The translations under genes were made by a program, and so were the position numbers. From Craspedostauros australis (taxonomy: Eukaryota), in contig JALAGF010002054.1 of the NCBI GenBank assembly GCA_030167865.1, positions 1 through 50,933 of the forward strand: DNA of 50,933 bases, given 5' to 3'. The notes under the pieces were generated by a model. That model ran no database searches. It was given only the letters and a program-made list of their open reading frames with translations, and was not told the origin of the DNA. Below are positions 23,378 through 34,875 of the stretch, piece after piece (position 1 is the stretch's first letter; each line of letters opens with the position of its first letter).

Positions 23378-25543
23378 CAATCGTACTCGTACGGTGGTAA
23401 AAGATGGTGCTGACACTTGGTGTGGCTCGTGGTGAAGTGATGCTCCAGAGAGGGGAGGGAGGCAGGTGGCGATGTACGACGATTCATCGATCACAGCATT
23501 GATGTCCGCGCTTGTTGATGTCTCTTCTTTTGGTGGTGATGGTGATGTCGATGTTGATGTTCTGCCAAAAACGACGATGAAAACGAGCCGAGTACGTTCG
23601 TTTGTCTGGATCGCCAGTGGCGCCAAAGACATCGACGACAGACATGCAGACCGAATGTGTCATTCATGAATAAAGTGTGACGTGAGTGAACAACACAGGT
23701 CTTGACATAGGATGTCCGAGATGTGATTTCAACGAGAATTTGTGCGAGCGGATTAGGGTGTCCCGATATATGAAGACAACAATCAAGCAACGCAGAGCAA
23801 CAAATTGGATCGTTCAGATCAGGACTGAGCCCAGCCCACGAAGCATGTCGAGGAGGGAGCACCGTCCTTCGTCCAGATGAACCAAATGCTGGCTCGACTC
23901 CACTTCACTCCACTAGTGCGAATACTCCGTGAGCTGCTCGAGACGTACCTACTCTACGTGTGCAATATTTTATTTTGTTGGTACTGCGCTGAAGATCTAA
24001 TGTATTTCTATTCGTGCCGATGACTATGCATGCGTGGGTCCTCGGACTGGTCGACGTCACCAGTCCCGCCGGCTGTTTCGCCAAGAGCAGAGAACAAAAT
24101 CGGAGTAGATTGTGTACAAACACGCGTCATACGATTTGCGAGTTGCGAGATGTGAACATGGTGAGTGAAGGCAAGGAGCGAAGTGCGTGTTCTACCTGCG
24201 TTGGAATGCTACGGCAAGCACCAAGCTTTCGCCTTTTTGGCGACATGCGTGATGCGCCACCCGCATTTGCGGTTGCATGTGTGACGTCAATCTTGTCAGA
24301 GTGCAGACATGATTTCGAGAAGAGTGCTGGTGGCAGAAGAGGGAGACGGAACTCGCCAACCGGTGAAACCGTTTTGTCCAGGAGCAAAGAGAAGCGAGCG
24401 TTCCACGCGCAGACAAATCCGTCACAAGAGAACAACCACGAAACCCGCGGTGTGGAAACGCTGGGTCGTGGAGACAAAACTGTGTGTCACAAATTGAAGA
24501 TGTGGAACGGGATGGCATAGATGTTACCTTTAAAATTGAGCACAACACCCAACAAGTCGCAGAGCTGGCGACGGAATGGACGCTTCATTCCTTCCACAAA
24601 TTCAGAGAGAACACAAGATAGAAAATGCAGCAGAAATAGTCCGGGATGTGAACACAAGTTGTGTGCCACAGAAACCAACAATGGCAAACAAGCAAACAAC
24701 AGCAGACTCTCGAGACGTTTTGTATCGTAGCTCGGTTGAAGAAATGGGCTGCGTAGCGGGAAAAAACGGTTGAGGAAGAGAGAATCGTTGAAGGATAAAA
24801 CATGCACTCGAAAGATAGCGGCCTTCTCAGGCATCACCACTAAGAGTGCAATCGCTTATGGCATTGGCATTTCTGGACAGAGCATCATAGAGGCCTCGTT
24901 CCAGATCCCGCGCAGTTTGATACTGTTGATCAGTGCGCAATCGCCGCGGATGTGGCTATAGGTGTGGTGGACGCGGAGTCGGGTTTGTATTCGACGATAT
25001 TTCGTGACGGAAACGCTCCGTCTGTGGTCCCCCTGCCCTGTGCCCTTGCCAGCGCCAGACATCATTTCTCATCCGTTCCGAGTTTGTCTCTGTTGGATGT
25101 CTCGTTCGGCCAACGACGGAGATCATTGACACGACCGCTGGGGGTTGATTGTTCCGCGCGCCACAAGAGACGAGAAGCGGAAAAGACAATTGCTGACCAC
25201 AACCAAGGACGGCAGTCATGCACCGTCTTCAACAACTAAGGATCAGCACCAGCGGAAGGTGTAGCATGCGAAAATCAAGCAACACAATTCCGCGCAGAGG
25301 AGATCATGTGGACGCGTAACTTAATCCTTCTGTTGCGTCGGCACATAACCCCCTCAAACATCGCCGATGCTGCTGCTTCATTGTTCGCTTTTTCATCCGC
25401 TGTATCGTCCTGGGCGAAGACAAACAGCTTGAGAGTCACATGGCGCATCCAAGCCGAAACAACAAGGCCCACAGTTTCGTCACAGAGGGAACAACACTAC
25501 TAGCGACATCCACTTAATTCATCTCATAAAATTCAAAGATCAC

Positions 25544-25763
25544 CACAACACAACACAACACAACACAACACAACACAACACAACACAACACAACACAACA
25601 CAACACAACACAANNNNNNNNNNNNNNNNNNNNNNNNNNNNNNNNNNNNNNNNNNNNNNNNNNNNNNNNNNNNNNNNNNACAACACAACACAACACAACA
25701 CAACACAACACAACACAACACAACACAACACAACACAACACAACACAACACAACACAACACAA
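25544..25763 (+). repeat. (CAACA)n pentanucleotide microsatellite spanning an assembly gap (Ns at 25614-25679)
   Basis: Perfect CAACA units on both sides of 66 Ns; true length unknown. Confidence 0.97.
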
Positions 25764-25794
25764 ATACACAGCCATTATCAACACACCCATCAAC

Positions 25795-26436
25795 ATGACA
25801 ATCGCAAAGACAACAGCTGGCACATCACCGCAAGCAAGGCTTCAGACTCCAACAAGTCTGTACTCCGTCAAAGTTTCCGAGGCACAACCCTCGGCACTGT
25901 CCTTGCCGTCACCACCGGCAGCCTCATTGGCTCTGGGCAGATCATCCGAACACTCCACGATCACCGTGGATGGCCCAATCAAGACAAACTCCAAAGCAGA
26001 CAGGCCAAAGCCATCATCCAGACGGAGGCAAGTTCAGTTCCGTCCCACCGCCTTCGTCCGCAAAATCCCTCACATCGACGACTTCGATGAGGACATGATT
26101 GAATCAATTTGGTACACACCCGATGAGATGAGTCAGATCAAGAATAGCGCGAAGGACATCGTCGAGCGGGTCAAGCTGTTCGGGGTCGTCGGCCTGCGCA
26201 AGGACGAAACGCTCCGCGGCTTGGAGTGCAGGTTGCCGGCAAACGTCAAGAGGCGCCTGCTGGTCAAGAACGACGCCTGGGATGCCGTGCTCAACGAGCA
26301 GGAAAGGCAATGGGATGCCTTTGAGCAGGACCAGGAGGTTCTGGCCAAGGCGTACGAACCGATCGCGCGCCGTGCACAGCACGCTGCCTTTCAAGTGGGT
26401 CGGTCAGATTCCCGGGAGGCACAGAGGGCGGCTTGA
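25795..26436 (+). CDS. Uncharacterised 'VxF-WY-RGLE-EQ' family protein, member 2 (213 aa)
   Basis: RRQVQF...IWYTPDEM...LRGLECR...VLNEQERQW...LAKAY...DSREA. Confidence 0.87.
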   Translation: MTIAKTTAGTSPQARLQTPTSLYSVKVSEAQPSALSLPSPPAASLALGRSSEHSTITVDGPIKTNSKADRPKPSSRRRQVQFRPTAFVRKIPHIDDFDEDMIESIWYTPDEMSQIKNSAKDIVERVKLFGVVGLRKDETLRGLECRLPANVKRRLLVKNDAWDAVLNEQERQWDAFEQDQEVLAKAYEPIARRAQHAAFQVGRSDSREAQRAA

Positions 26437-27548
26437 GCATGGCTCGGAGGATGGCGCAGTTACGGCCACCGCCACGACCTACTATGATATTGCATTAATG
26501 GTTCTCGGTCGGCGATGACAGTACTGCAACTATACTAAGTACCAGTCCATTTTCTTCAGAAGCCATCAAGTATTGCATAGCACTCCACAATACCATACCA
26601 TACCGCAGCTCATACCACATCAGACTTGCACACCACGCACACATACGCGCACATCCGGGCATGCTCGTATCTATTCCATAAATTATATTGTAATAACAGC
26701 ATTGACTAGAAAGCCAATCGATGTAGCCTACCATCTGCTATGGGTTTGTTCCATAGCCTACTTCGTGTAATCACCAGTGAAGCTCTACATTCCATGACAC
26801 CGACGGGTCATACAGACAAGCATGTGTACGTACACTGCTCGTAATGCACAACTAGGACGAGCTCTGGGACACACACGCACGAGCAATGCCGCACGCAGCA
26901 AGCTCACGAGTATAGCGGATCCAAGTCATACCACGTGACAAAGATCGCATCAGCATTGATGCAGAGACATGGTGTGGCGATAGCAAATTGCACACTCGTC
27001 CCCCAATGTACGCGCATAGTACCTATTCTATTCTACATACAGACAGTGAAGTATTCTAATACTTTGTCTGATGGACATGACGCCGCCACGCAAGCAGACA
27101 AGTCTGTGTTGCTCGCGCTTGCGTGGCCACAACTTCAAGCACAGGAGAGCGTATCATCTCTGGATGCGCTCTGGCATAGTTGGAATTGCCTTGTTCGTGG
27201 AACGAAGTTAGTCTGCGCGCGGCCTACACGAGTGCTCGCACTGGCGACGTTCGTCATACCGTCCAGACTCATCCGCAGCCGAAGGATGAAATCTGGGCAT
27301 GACCAGAGCAAGGGAATGTGACAGAGCGACTCTGGCGGCGATAACGCATTGGAAATGGGAGCCATGGCACCAAAGCTCGTACACAATAGGTCGCATGATG
27401 CACGTGATGGCACGACTACATGTGCGTTGATTGAGAAAGATGGAGATCAGTGGCATTCCTTCCGCAGCGGCTTTTTGGCCGCCACCTCATTCATGCCGGC
27501 CGAAGAGGCGGTCAATGTTGCATGCAGAGAGGAGAGTCCCCAACCTGT

Positions 27549-27550
<2 letters not shown>

Positions 27551-27585
<35 letters not shown>
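27551..27585 (+). repeat. (AG)n microsatellite
   Basis: Directly visible. Confidence 0.95.
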
Positions 27586-27588
<3 letters not shown>

Positions 27589-29497
27589 CGCGAACTGCTC
27601 GTACGAGTACAAGCAATGGGAGGTGATCCTTCTCCCATCCGGTTTGCTTTCAGGCCATGATACTCCTGGAGGTGCTCGTACTTGTACTCGTACTTTTTCT
27701 ATTACTACGATCTATTCTAGAATATTCTATATCATTATTACGACCACCACACTGAACGGTCCACAGCCTGCCTTGTGCGTGAGTGGGTGATGGACGTGTG
27801 TCCATCTGCATGCCAACATTCCGTGTGCGAGTATGTGCGCTTGGTCGACGACCAAACCGGATGCCCCATCGCCCAAAAGGCCACGGGGGGCTGTCACTCT
27901 CTTGGTTCTGGTTTGCGCTCCCCACGACGCGCAGCTGCCTGACGAAATGGGAACGACACAACTTCTGCGATGGCATCTGATAAATCTTGGAGATCTTCGA
28001 ATCGGCGCGAACATGCACAAACAAGAAGCTTGGGCAAACCCGAAGCAAGGCAAACATCAACGATTCGCCCAGACCGACGCCAAAGAACTAAGACTTCTCC
28101 CAAGTTGCGCAGAGTGAGCGGAGGGCGGAAGGCGAAACCTCCTGTCTGCTCATGGGTGGAGCAACTCGGAGAGTAGAGGGGCGGAGACAGAGATAGATAG
28201 ATAGATAAAGAAACAGAGAGAGAGAGAGAAACAAGTAGCCACAAGCCAGAAAAGATGATGTTCCAATTGCAATCGACTCTCAGTACCTCCCGGGGAGTTG
28301 TAACTTGCGTGCAGTGATGTTTCGGAGAGCGTTCACCGCATCGTACCATGGTCAGCAACTGCTCTCTCTTGCGTCCAGTATCGGCACGCAACAAGTGGTA
28401 CACAGTACGATGATAGGCCACGATGGCGTCTGCTCTGCTCCACTCTTTTCTGTTGGTCTTCGTCGTAGCTCGTGTTGGTGTCCTGTGGTCTGCCCAATCC
28501 TGGTGTGTATTGCGGTGGTTCGTGTTAGGTTTGTGTGCGGGTAGAACAATCGAGACTACTATATTCGGCGGAGATCCATGACCGCGTCGTCATAGAAGTG
28601 CAATGACTGGTATTCGCGTTTATCATGTTCGCTATTTGGTTTCGCTGTGGTTGCGGTCGTTCATGAGGAACAGTTGTCTTCCGACCGAGGAACGGAGTGG
28701 TCATTGTTGCCTGCTTGGTTGCCTTCTTTGTGAACGCTTGCTTCAAATTGTAATGACTGGACCGTGTCTCTCTCTTTTGTGGCGCGTGCATCTGCTGGTG
28801 TTTCTTAAGCGTGACGAAAAAGCGAAGTTTACGACTGCAGTGACGATCTTCGCGGACGCGTATCACACAACAAACACTTCAACACAACGAACAGCACTGT
28901 GCTGCGACGTGTGTTGGGCAGTCCTCGTGCGACTATTTCAGTGGATTCATAGTTAAATCCATTTGCGTGCTTCTGAGTCTGGAACAGGAAGTTTGTGACA
29001 CGCTGTTCCGCAGAACCCGAGTTGAAGTTCCACCAAAGAAAGGCCCAACGGAATTGAGACGTGTCTCTCAAAAGTCCGGCCACAAAACATGAACCAAAAC
29101 CGCCAAAAACGAAAATCGAGAGTGAAAACGGATAAGACGCCCGCGCGATGGTGGCGGTGTCGATGCATCCGCGAGTGCTGTGGACTGGGAAAGTCGGTCG
29201 ACAGCAGCGTGGCGCTGGCCGATGATACTCTTCTGACACACACGAGTACCACGTCCGCGCAGTGGCGCGCCTGTGTTGTGCGCACAGGGTCAACAAAAGC
29301 AGAGAGGCAAAAGAAGCAGAGGGGCTCGTGTGTGATCATGGAAATGGACTCGCGATGGACACAACGTCCACACGTCAATGATCCGTTGAGCTCACAAAAC
29401 GTTCATCACCAACCATCACATACTCCATTCAGCACCCGTCTAGCACCCGTCCAGTACCCGTCCAGCACATTCAGCACGCACACAACAAATCACAGCA

Positions 29498-30211
29498 ATG
29501 TCACCGAGTTTTGAAGTAGGAGTCATGATGCGAGGACGCAGCAACAGCACCGCCAGCAGCCGCAGCATGAACGGTAGTCTCAGCAGCATGAACGGTATCA
29601 TGAACGGCAGCATGCACAAGATCGTCGATGACGATAGCAGCGGGCTGGTGACTTTGGACTGCGACGACTATTCCCTGCTGTCATCCAGCTCCTTCCATTC
29701 GTCCGCAACCACGTTGAACCACTCCGTGCGCTCCGACAGGGTCATGCAAAGAACGAGTAGCTACAGTCGCAAGATCTCCAAACGAAGGGTGTCCTTCGCT
29801 GAACGGAGCCACCTCATCATCGAGATCCAGGATGATCGAAGCAACGATGATGCGGATCCTCATGATCATGCTGACGCCCAAAGCACATGGTACTCCAAGC
29901 AAGAGCTGGAAAGCATCAGGAACGAGAGCGGCGAGCTGGCTGAGATGTACAACGCAGGAAAGCCGATGGATTTGCGCAACGACTGCTTCCGCGGTCTGGA
30001 GTCTCGCATCCTGCCGGCATCGCAGAAGAAGATCCGGCTCAAAATGAAGGATCGATGCATCGGTTTGGTGCTGGAGGAGCAGCACCGGCAATGGAGCAAC
30101 GCCGAATGGGACCCCGACCAACTGGCTCGCATCTCGCTCAGGGAGACGCGGCAGTGCCAATCCATCGCATTCCGGCTAGGGCGAGCTGACTACCGCGAGG
30201 CCCGCAAGTGA
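29498..30211 (+). CDS. Uncharacterised 'VxF-WY-RGLE-EQ' family protein, member 3 (237 aa)
   Basis: KRRVSF...TWYSKQEL...FRGLESR...VLEEQHRQW...LARIS...DYREA. Confidence 0.87.
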   Translation: MSPSFEVGVMMRGRSNSTASSRSMNGSLSSMNGIMNGSMHKIVDDDSSGLVTLDCDDYSLLSSSSFHSSATTLNHSVRSDRVMQRTSSYSRKISKRRVSFAERSHLIIEIQDDRSNDDADPHDHADAQSTWYSKQELESIRNESGELAEMYNAGKPMDLRNDCFRGLESRILPASQKKIRLKMKDRCIGLVLEEQHRQWSNAEWDPDQLARISLRETRQCQSIAFRLGRADYREARK

Positions 30212-30213
30212 TG

Positions 30214-30240
30214 GGCTAAGCTGAGCTGAGCTGAGCTGAG
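30214..30240 (+). repeat. (GCTGA)n repeat immediately after the stop codon
   Basis: gctaagctgagctgagctgagctgag. Confidence 0.85.
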
Positions 30241-30967
30241 TCCTTGCGACCGTTGGCACCAACCTTCACGTTGAATGCATTCATTGGAATGCCTTCTTCT
30301 TTTCCCTCCTCTTTCTTCTGGTGCTCTACGATCCACCGTCCATCCACACTCAGTCACTCGCGCTCGTTCGCACCGCTCCCAATATTGATCTTGGCTGCCC
30401 CTCCAAGCATCCGCATGATACTATAAGAGGGCAACGCAGGGGAGTAGCGAACGAAGATTTTGACACATTCATTCTACGATAATATAATACCACTTTAACT
30501 GGAATATCTCCACACCCCCATTTTCTTCTTTCCCATGTTCATTGTCGATCATGCATCGCTTCCGTATGGATACCAAACATGAGCGCTGTCCGTCCGCGTC
30601 CGAGCACGCGTACTAGCATGGTAGCGGAACAAGGATAGTGAAGCGCCAGCAGTACCTCGTGCCCAAGACGTGGTGGGACTGAGAGCACTTTGCAGCTTGT
30701 AGATCGAACCTGGGCTTTCGAGGAGCTCGAGCAGCCTTGGCTTGTGGGTTGATCATGGGTATGCGCAGTTGGCAAGCTTCTTCGTCCTTGTGGCGGGCAC
30801 GCACCTCGCCGTCATGGTCAGCGACAAGGACCACCGTTGGTTCAGTCGAGCTCATCGGAATACTCGCGGTCTTGTTTTCTGTTGATGAGTGCTTTGTTGC
30901 GATTGAGGTTGAGGTTGCTGTGGCTTGCCGCCGCAGGCAGGAAGACATCGGAGGGCAGATGGTATAC

Positions 30968-33475
30968 TCAGTCCAGCAATTCAAAATCCTGCCTGGCTTC
31001 GCACATGTCGGTCGTGGTGTTCCAAGTGCAAGCGCCCAAACAAAGCCGCATCAGGTTGGTGCTGTTGGTGGTGCTGTTGCCTTGGCTTGCTAGTATATCC
31101 GTCGTGTTGCATCCGCTGTTGCTGCTGCTGTTGCTGTCAACGTCGCTGCTGTTGCTACAGTTGCCTCTCTGCATCCATTCGTCCATGCTGTCCAGGGGGA
31201 TGATCCAGCCATCATCTGTGACGAAAGGACACACGTCGCACGACGATTCGTACACGCTCATGTTGCAGGCCACGTAGCTCGTGTTCACGAATTCGACCGC
31301 AGGCTCCTCCTGGCGTTCGCATACATCGGAGTACGGATCGCAGCACACATGGCAGCACGAGCAGACCGTGTGCGACAGCCGCCGTCCATCCAGCGTCGAA
31401 CCTGCGCAGTTGCTCCACAATGACTCAAGGTGCGGATGCCGTTCCGCATCGCAAAAGATGCCGTCCAAGTTCCCAACAATCTTCGTTCGCTCAATCTCGA
31501 ATGACACGAGGGAGGTGAGTTGGCCAAGCTCTGTGGGCACCGTGCCTGTCAGTCCGTTTTTGTACAAGGTGAGGTTGGTGAGATTTGTGAGCGCCCCAAG
31601 CTCAGATGGGATTGGCCCCGTCAGCTGGTTCGTGCCAAGCCCCATCGATCGGAGGTTGGTCAACCGACCCAGCTCGGTCGGGATTTTGCCCATGAGCCGC
31701 CCGGTGTCGAGATACAGCGTTTGCAGGCTTGTCATTTGTCCGATCTCCGGGGGAATCGGTCCCTCCAATTGAGATCCGACAAACATTAGGGTCGTCATCG
31801 CGTCCATGTCGAATATCCACGGGGGGAGCGTCCCGCTGATGGTGACGGTGGCGTTAGCATCGGCGAACACGGCCAGCACCTCCAAGTCTTCGAGGTGGGA
31901 GATCTCTGGTGGGATGGGGCCATCCGCGTTGCTGTCAATATCAACCACGATGCCCAAGACGGTGGCATTCGAGTTGCAGAAGATGCCATTAAAGGGCAGA
32001 TCATTCCAGGCGCAGATCCCATTGTTCGACATGGCGTCAAACTGATTCAACCAATTCGGACCATTCCATGATCGGTACATGCTCGCGACACAGTAGCGCT
32101 CCAGCAGGAAGTGAATGTAGGCGTCGTCGCCGTTAGCGTCGGCTGCTTCGTCGTTGCTGCTGCCCAACAGCACGTATAGGCTGCTCAATATATCGGTGTT
32201 GGCCATCCAGTCGATGATCTCGTACGGAATGGTGCTGGTGTTGACAAAGGTGGATGAGTCGAGGTTCGTCGGTGCCCCCATGAGGACCGGGCTGAGCTTC
32301 TCGACGATGGTGAAGAACATGTCACTCTGGTCGATGGAGCTTTCGGTCGGCGCATGCGTGGGTGAACCGCTCGGCATTGTGCTCGGCGCTGTGGTCGGCC
32401 TTGTGCTTGGTATTTGGGATTGCCGACCTGAAGGTACGGTGCTGGGTTGCTTCGTTATCGTTGGTCGCTGCGACAGCGACAGTAGCAGCGATGGAGAATG
32501 CGAGTACGACTTTGATGAAGCCATGGTTGGCGATGCTGATGTGGTTGATAATGTGGATGATGGCGGTGGCACTGTTGACGGTGGCGATGGCTGTGACGTT
32601 GGTGGTGGGATTGTCGGTGGTGCCGTTGGCACTCTCGTTGGTACCGACGCATTGCTCTGCTTCGAGTCGTTGTCGTTGCTGCCATGGCTTTGATCGTTCA
32701 GAACAACAACGGCTGCGACGATGACACCAGCCACGACGACAACGATCAAGGCCAGAATCACAGCGATCACCAGCCTCCGTCGCCTGCGAGCAGACGGGTC
32801 CGTGGCGGCTTTGGAAGACTGCCTCTTGTTCCGATGGATAGCATCCTCCAGTTCTGAGCTGCTTTCACCAACATTCATCGTCTGGGAAGATCTGCCGTCC
32901 GCAGTTGCGCCTTGGGAGGGACCATCGCCATGAAGGTCAGCGGACGTCGGCACCGGAGAAGTATCCGCGCTGGCATCATCGTCGGTGTGACGAATGTCAC
33001 CATGCATCAACGATCTCGCGTATCCATCCACGACAGGCTCCGCCACGGCCATGGGTCGATCATGCAGCCGCTGCTGCACTTCCAAATCCACCCTGCTCTC
33101 AAATTCGCGTTCCATCTGCTGCGCGATCTCCTCCCGAAGTGCGATGCGCATCTCATCCTGCGTGGGGGCGAGCTCGGCCACGACCGAGGCCTGCGAGGAT
33201 GGAACACCGAGCAGACGACCATCATCGGATGAAGCAGCGACGGAGGCGAGTCTGCTGCTTGCACCCAATGTGGATTCCATGCCGGATTCCAAACCGGATT
33301 CCAAGCTGCCTTCTCCGCCACGCGGACCATCGTTGCAACTCCTCACATTGTTGTTGTCGTCGCCATTGTTGCCACTGCTGTTGCTGCTCCTGTTGGTCCG
33401 GTCTAGATCGGAAGGCGGTCCCAGGCGCACACGGGGCAGCAGGATATCTGGCAGGACTTTCTCCGAGGGCTTCAT
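30968..33475 (-). CDS. Type II membrane leucine-rich-repeat protein (receptor-like, no kinase; 835 aa)
   Basis: Disordered N-terminus, RRRRR followed by TM LVIAVILALIVVVVAGVIVAAVVVL, Pro/Thr/Ser stalk, LRR N-cap (ERY...W...C-x-W...GIFC), plant-type LRRs (LxGxIPxELGxLTNLxxLxL) and CSCCHVCC C-cap. Confidence 0.92.
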   Translation of the reverse strand: MKPSEKVLPDILLPRVRLGPPSDLDRTNRSSNSSGNNGDDNNNVRSCNDGPRGGEGSLESGLESGMESTLGASSRLASVAASSDDGRLLGVPSSQASVVAELAPTQDEMRIALREEIAQQMEREFESRVDLEVQQRLHDRPMAVAEPVVDGYARSLMHGDIRHTDDDASADTSPVPTSADLHGDGPSQGATADGRSSQTMNVGESSSELEDAIHRNKRQSSKAATDPSARRRRRLVIAVILALIVVVVAGVIVAAVVVLNDQSHGSNDNDSKQSNASVPTRVPTAPPTIPPPTSQPSPPSTVPPPSSTLSTTSASPTMASSKSYSHSPSLLLSLSQRPTITKQPSTVPSGRQSQIPSTRPTTAPSTMPSGSPTHAPTESSIDQSDMFFTIVEKLSPVLMGAPTNLDSSTFVNTSTIPYEIIDWMANTDILSSLYVLLGSSNDEAADANGDDAYIHFLLERYCVASMYRSWNGPNWLNQFDAMSNNGICAWNDLPFNGIFCNSNATVLGIVVDIDSNADGPIPPEISHLEDLEVLAVFADANATVTISGTLPPWIFDMDAMTTLMFVGSQLEGPIPPEIGQMTSLQTLYLDTGRLMGKIPTELGRLTNLRSMGLGTNQLTGPIPSELGALTNLTNLTLYKNGLTGTVPTELGQLTSLVSFEIERTKIVGNLDGIFCDAERHPHLESLWSNCAGSTLDGRRLSHTVCSCCHVCCDPYSDVCERQEEPAVEFVNTSYVACNMSVYESSCDVCPFVTDDGWIIPLDSMDEWMQRGNCSNSSDVDSNSSSNSGCNTTDILASQGNSTTNSTNLMRLCLGACTWNTTTDMCEARQDFELLD

Positions 33476-33761
33476 GCTGATCTGCTACGGTGGTCCCTTG
33501 CCGAACACCTCCACTCCAATGCACGTCCTTCTTCTTTGAGCACGCGGGGGGATATGGGTGTGTTGGTCCCAATGTGCAGTTAGCGATCGATATGGAGTAT
33601 AAGGTGATGTAATACAATATAATGGTAGAGAGAGTGCAGTGCAGCAAAGAGTTCTGGGTCCAAAGGCCTCTAGATTGCATCCGTAGGCTACGCACGGGGC
33701 GTTTTGACTGGTTTGCGGCCCTGTCCTTCGACTTTGCCGCTGTTGTTGGTGCTTGTCCTGC

Positions 33762-33800
33762 TGCTGATGGGTGCTGATGGGCGCTGATGGGTGCTGATGA
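33762..33800 (+). repeat. 10-bp tandem repeat (GCTGATGGGY) x ~4
   Basis: gctgatgggtgctgatgggcgctgatgggtgctgatga. Confidence 0.85.
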
Positions 33801-34875
33801 ATGCGATGTCTGCAATCGGTGCCCAGAGAGGAGTCTGAGTGGAAGAGAGCCAGGCTCTGCACAAGGCCAGCGATCAGGAACCAGCAATGCCGACAACACC
33901 GACGTAAATGATGTCAACGAAAGTGGCAATGAAAACCAGGGCGATGGCAGCCCGGTGTCTTGGTGTCGCAGGAGGCAATGTGCTGCTGCCTCTTGCAGTG
34001 CGATGCCTCTTGTCCTGCGTGAGCGGGTGCTGAACGACGCTCTTTGGGGTGAAGTGATACGAGGGATGATGGCGACGATGGAAGCCAAAGCGAGGAGCAA
34101 TCTGGCTTGCATCAGCGAATTCACACCAACAACACGGGGCACGAGTCCTGTTGTTTCCAATGTTTCTCACAAACGTGACCTCTGTCGCAACGCTAGCGAT
34201 TCGAATGATACAATTTTCAAAGAACTTGTTTTGGAAGAAGGCTCTCCGATTGTCCCAGTTCTGGTTCGTAAATGCATTTCTGTTGATTACGGCCCATTAA
34301 AAGCCCAAATGAAAGCTGAAAATATGCACAACAACGATAAAAAAGTTGTTTGGGGTTTCAATAATCATGTTATGAATCACTTCTGGTGGTGGAGCTGACG
34401 TGACTGCCGGCACATTGAAATCGAGAGTTTTGGTCGAAGTAATCCATGACATCGCTTGGTGGATGTGGCGATGGTTGTCTGTCTGTTTGATTTTATGGTC
34501 GGAGAGTTGTCTGCGAGTCCTTTCCAGTGCGAAACAGTCACAGTGAGAAGTGTCGACAGAAAACAGACAGGGATACACATACATACATATGTACAGACAT
34601 ACATATAGACAGACAGATATAGATGTATAGAAAGACAGACATAGAGAGAAAACTTGGGGGGCGGAACACGCGCAAACGAAGAACACATGGTGCTGTCTTC
34701 ACTGGTCGCCATGTGTGGGCCATTCCGCACGCGTCTTCTCGCCAACGCGGCCTGCCGAGCAAACAAGCGGACAAGCTAATGAGGAGGTGGAGGCTATGCA
34801 GGACGGCTGAACAAACGCTGGTACACGATCGTGGCATGCTCGCATGGGATGAATCGAATGAACGGAAAAATTCAC

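Noticed and set aside
25514-25823. Cys/Val/Leu-rich ORFs (LCCVV)n
   Set aside because: Translation of the (CAACA)n microsatellite across an N gap.
33787-34398. 203-aa ORF over a locally AT-rich patch containing GGCCCA/AGCCCA motifs
   Set aside because: No recognisable domain or element ends; site-II motifs are a plant TCP feature with no support here.
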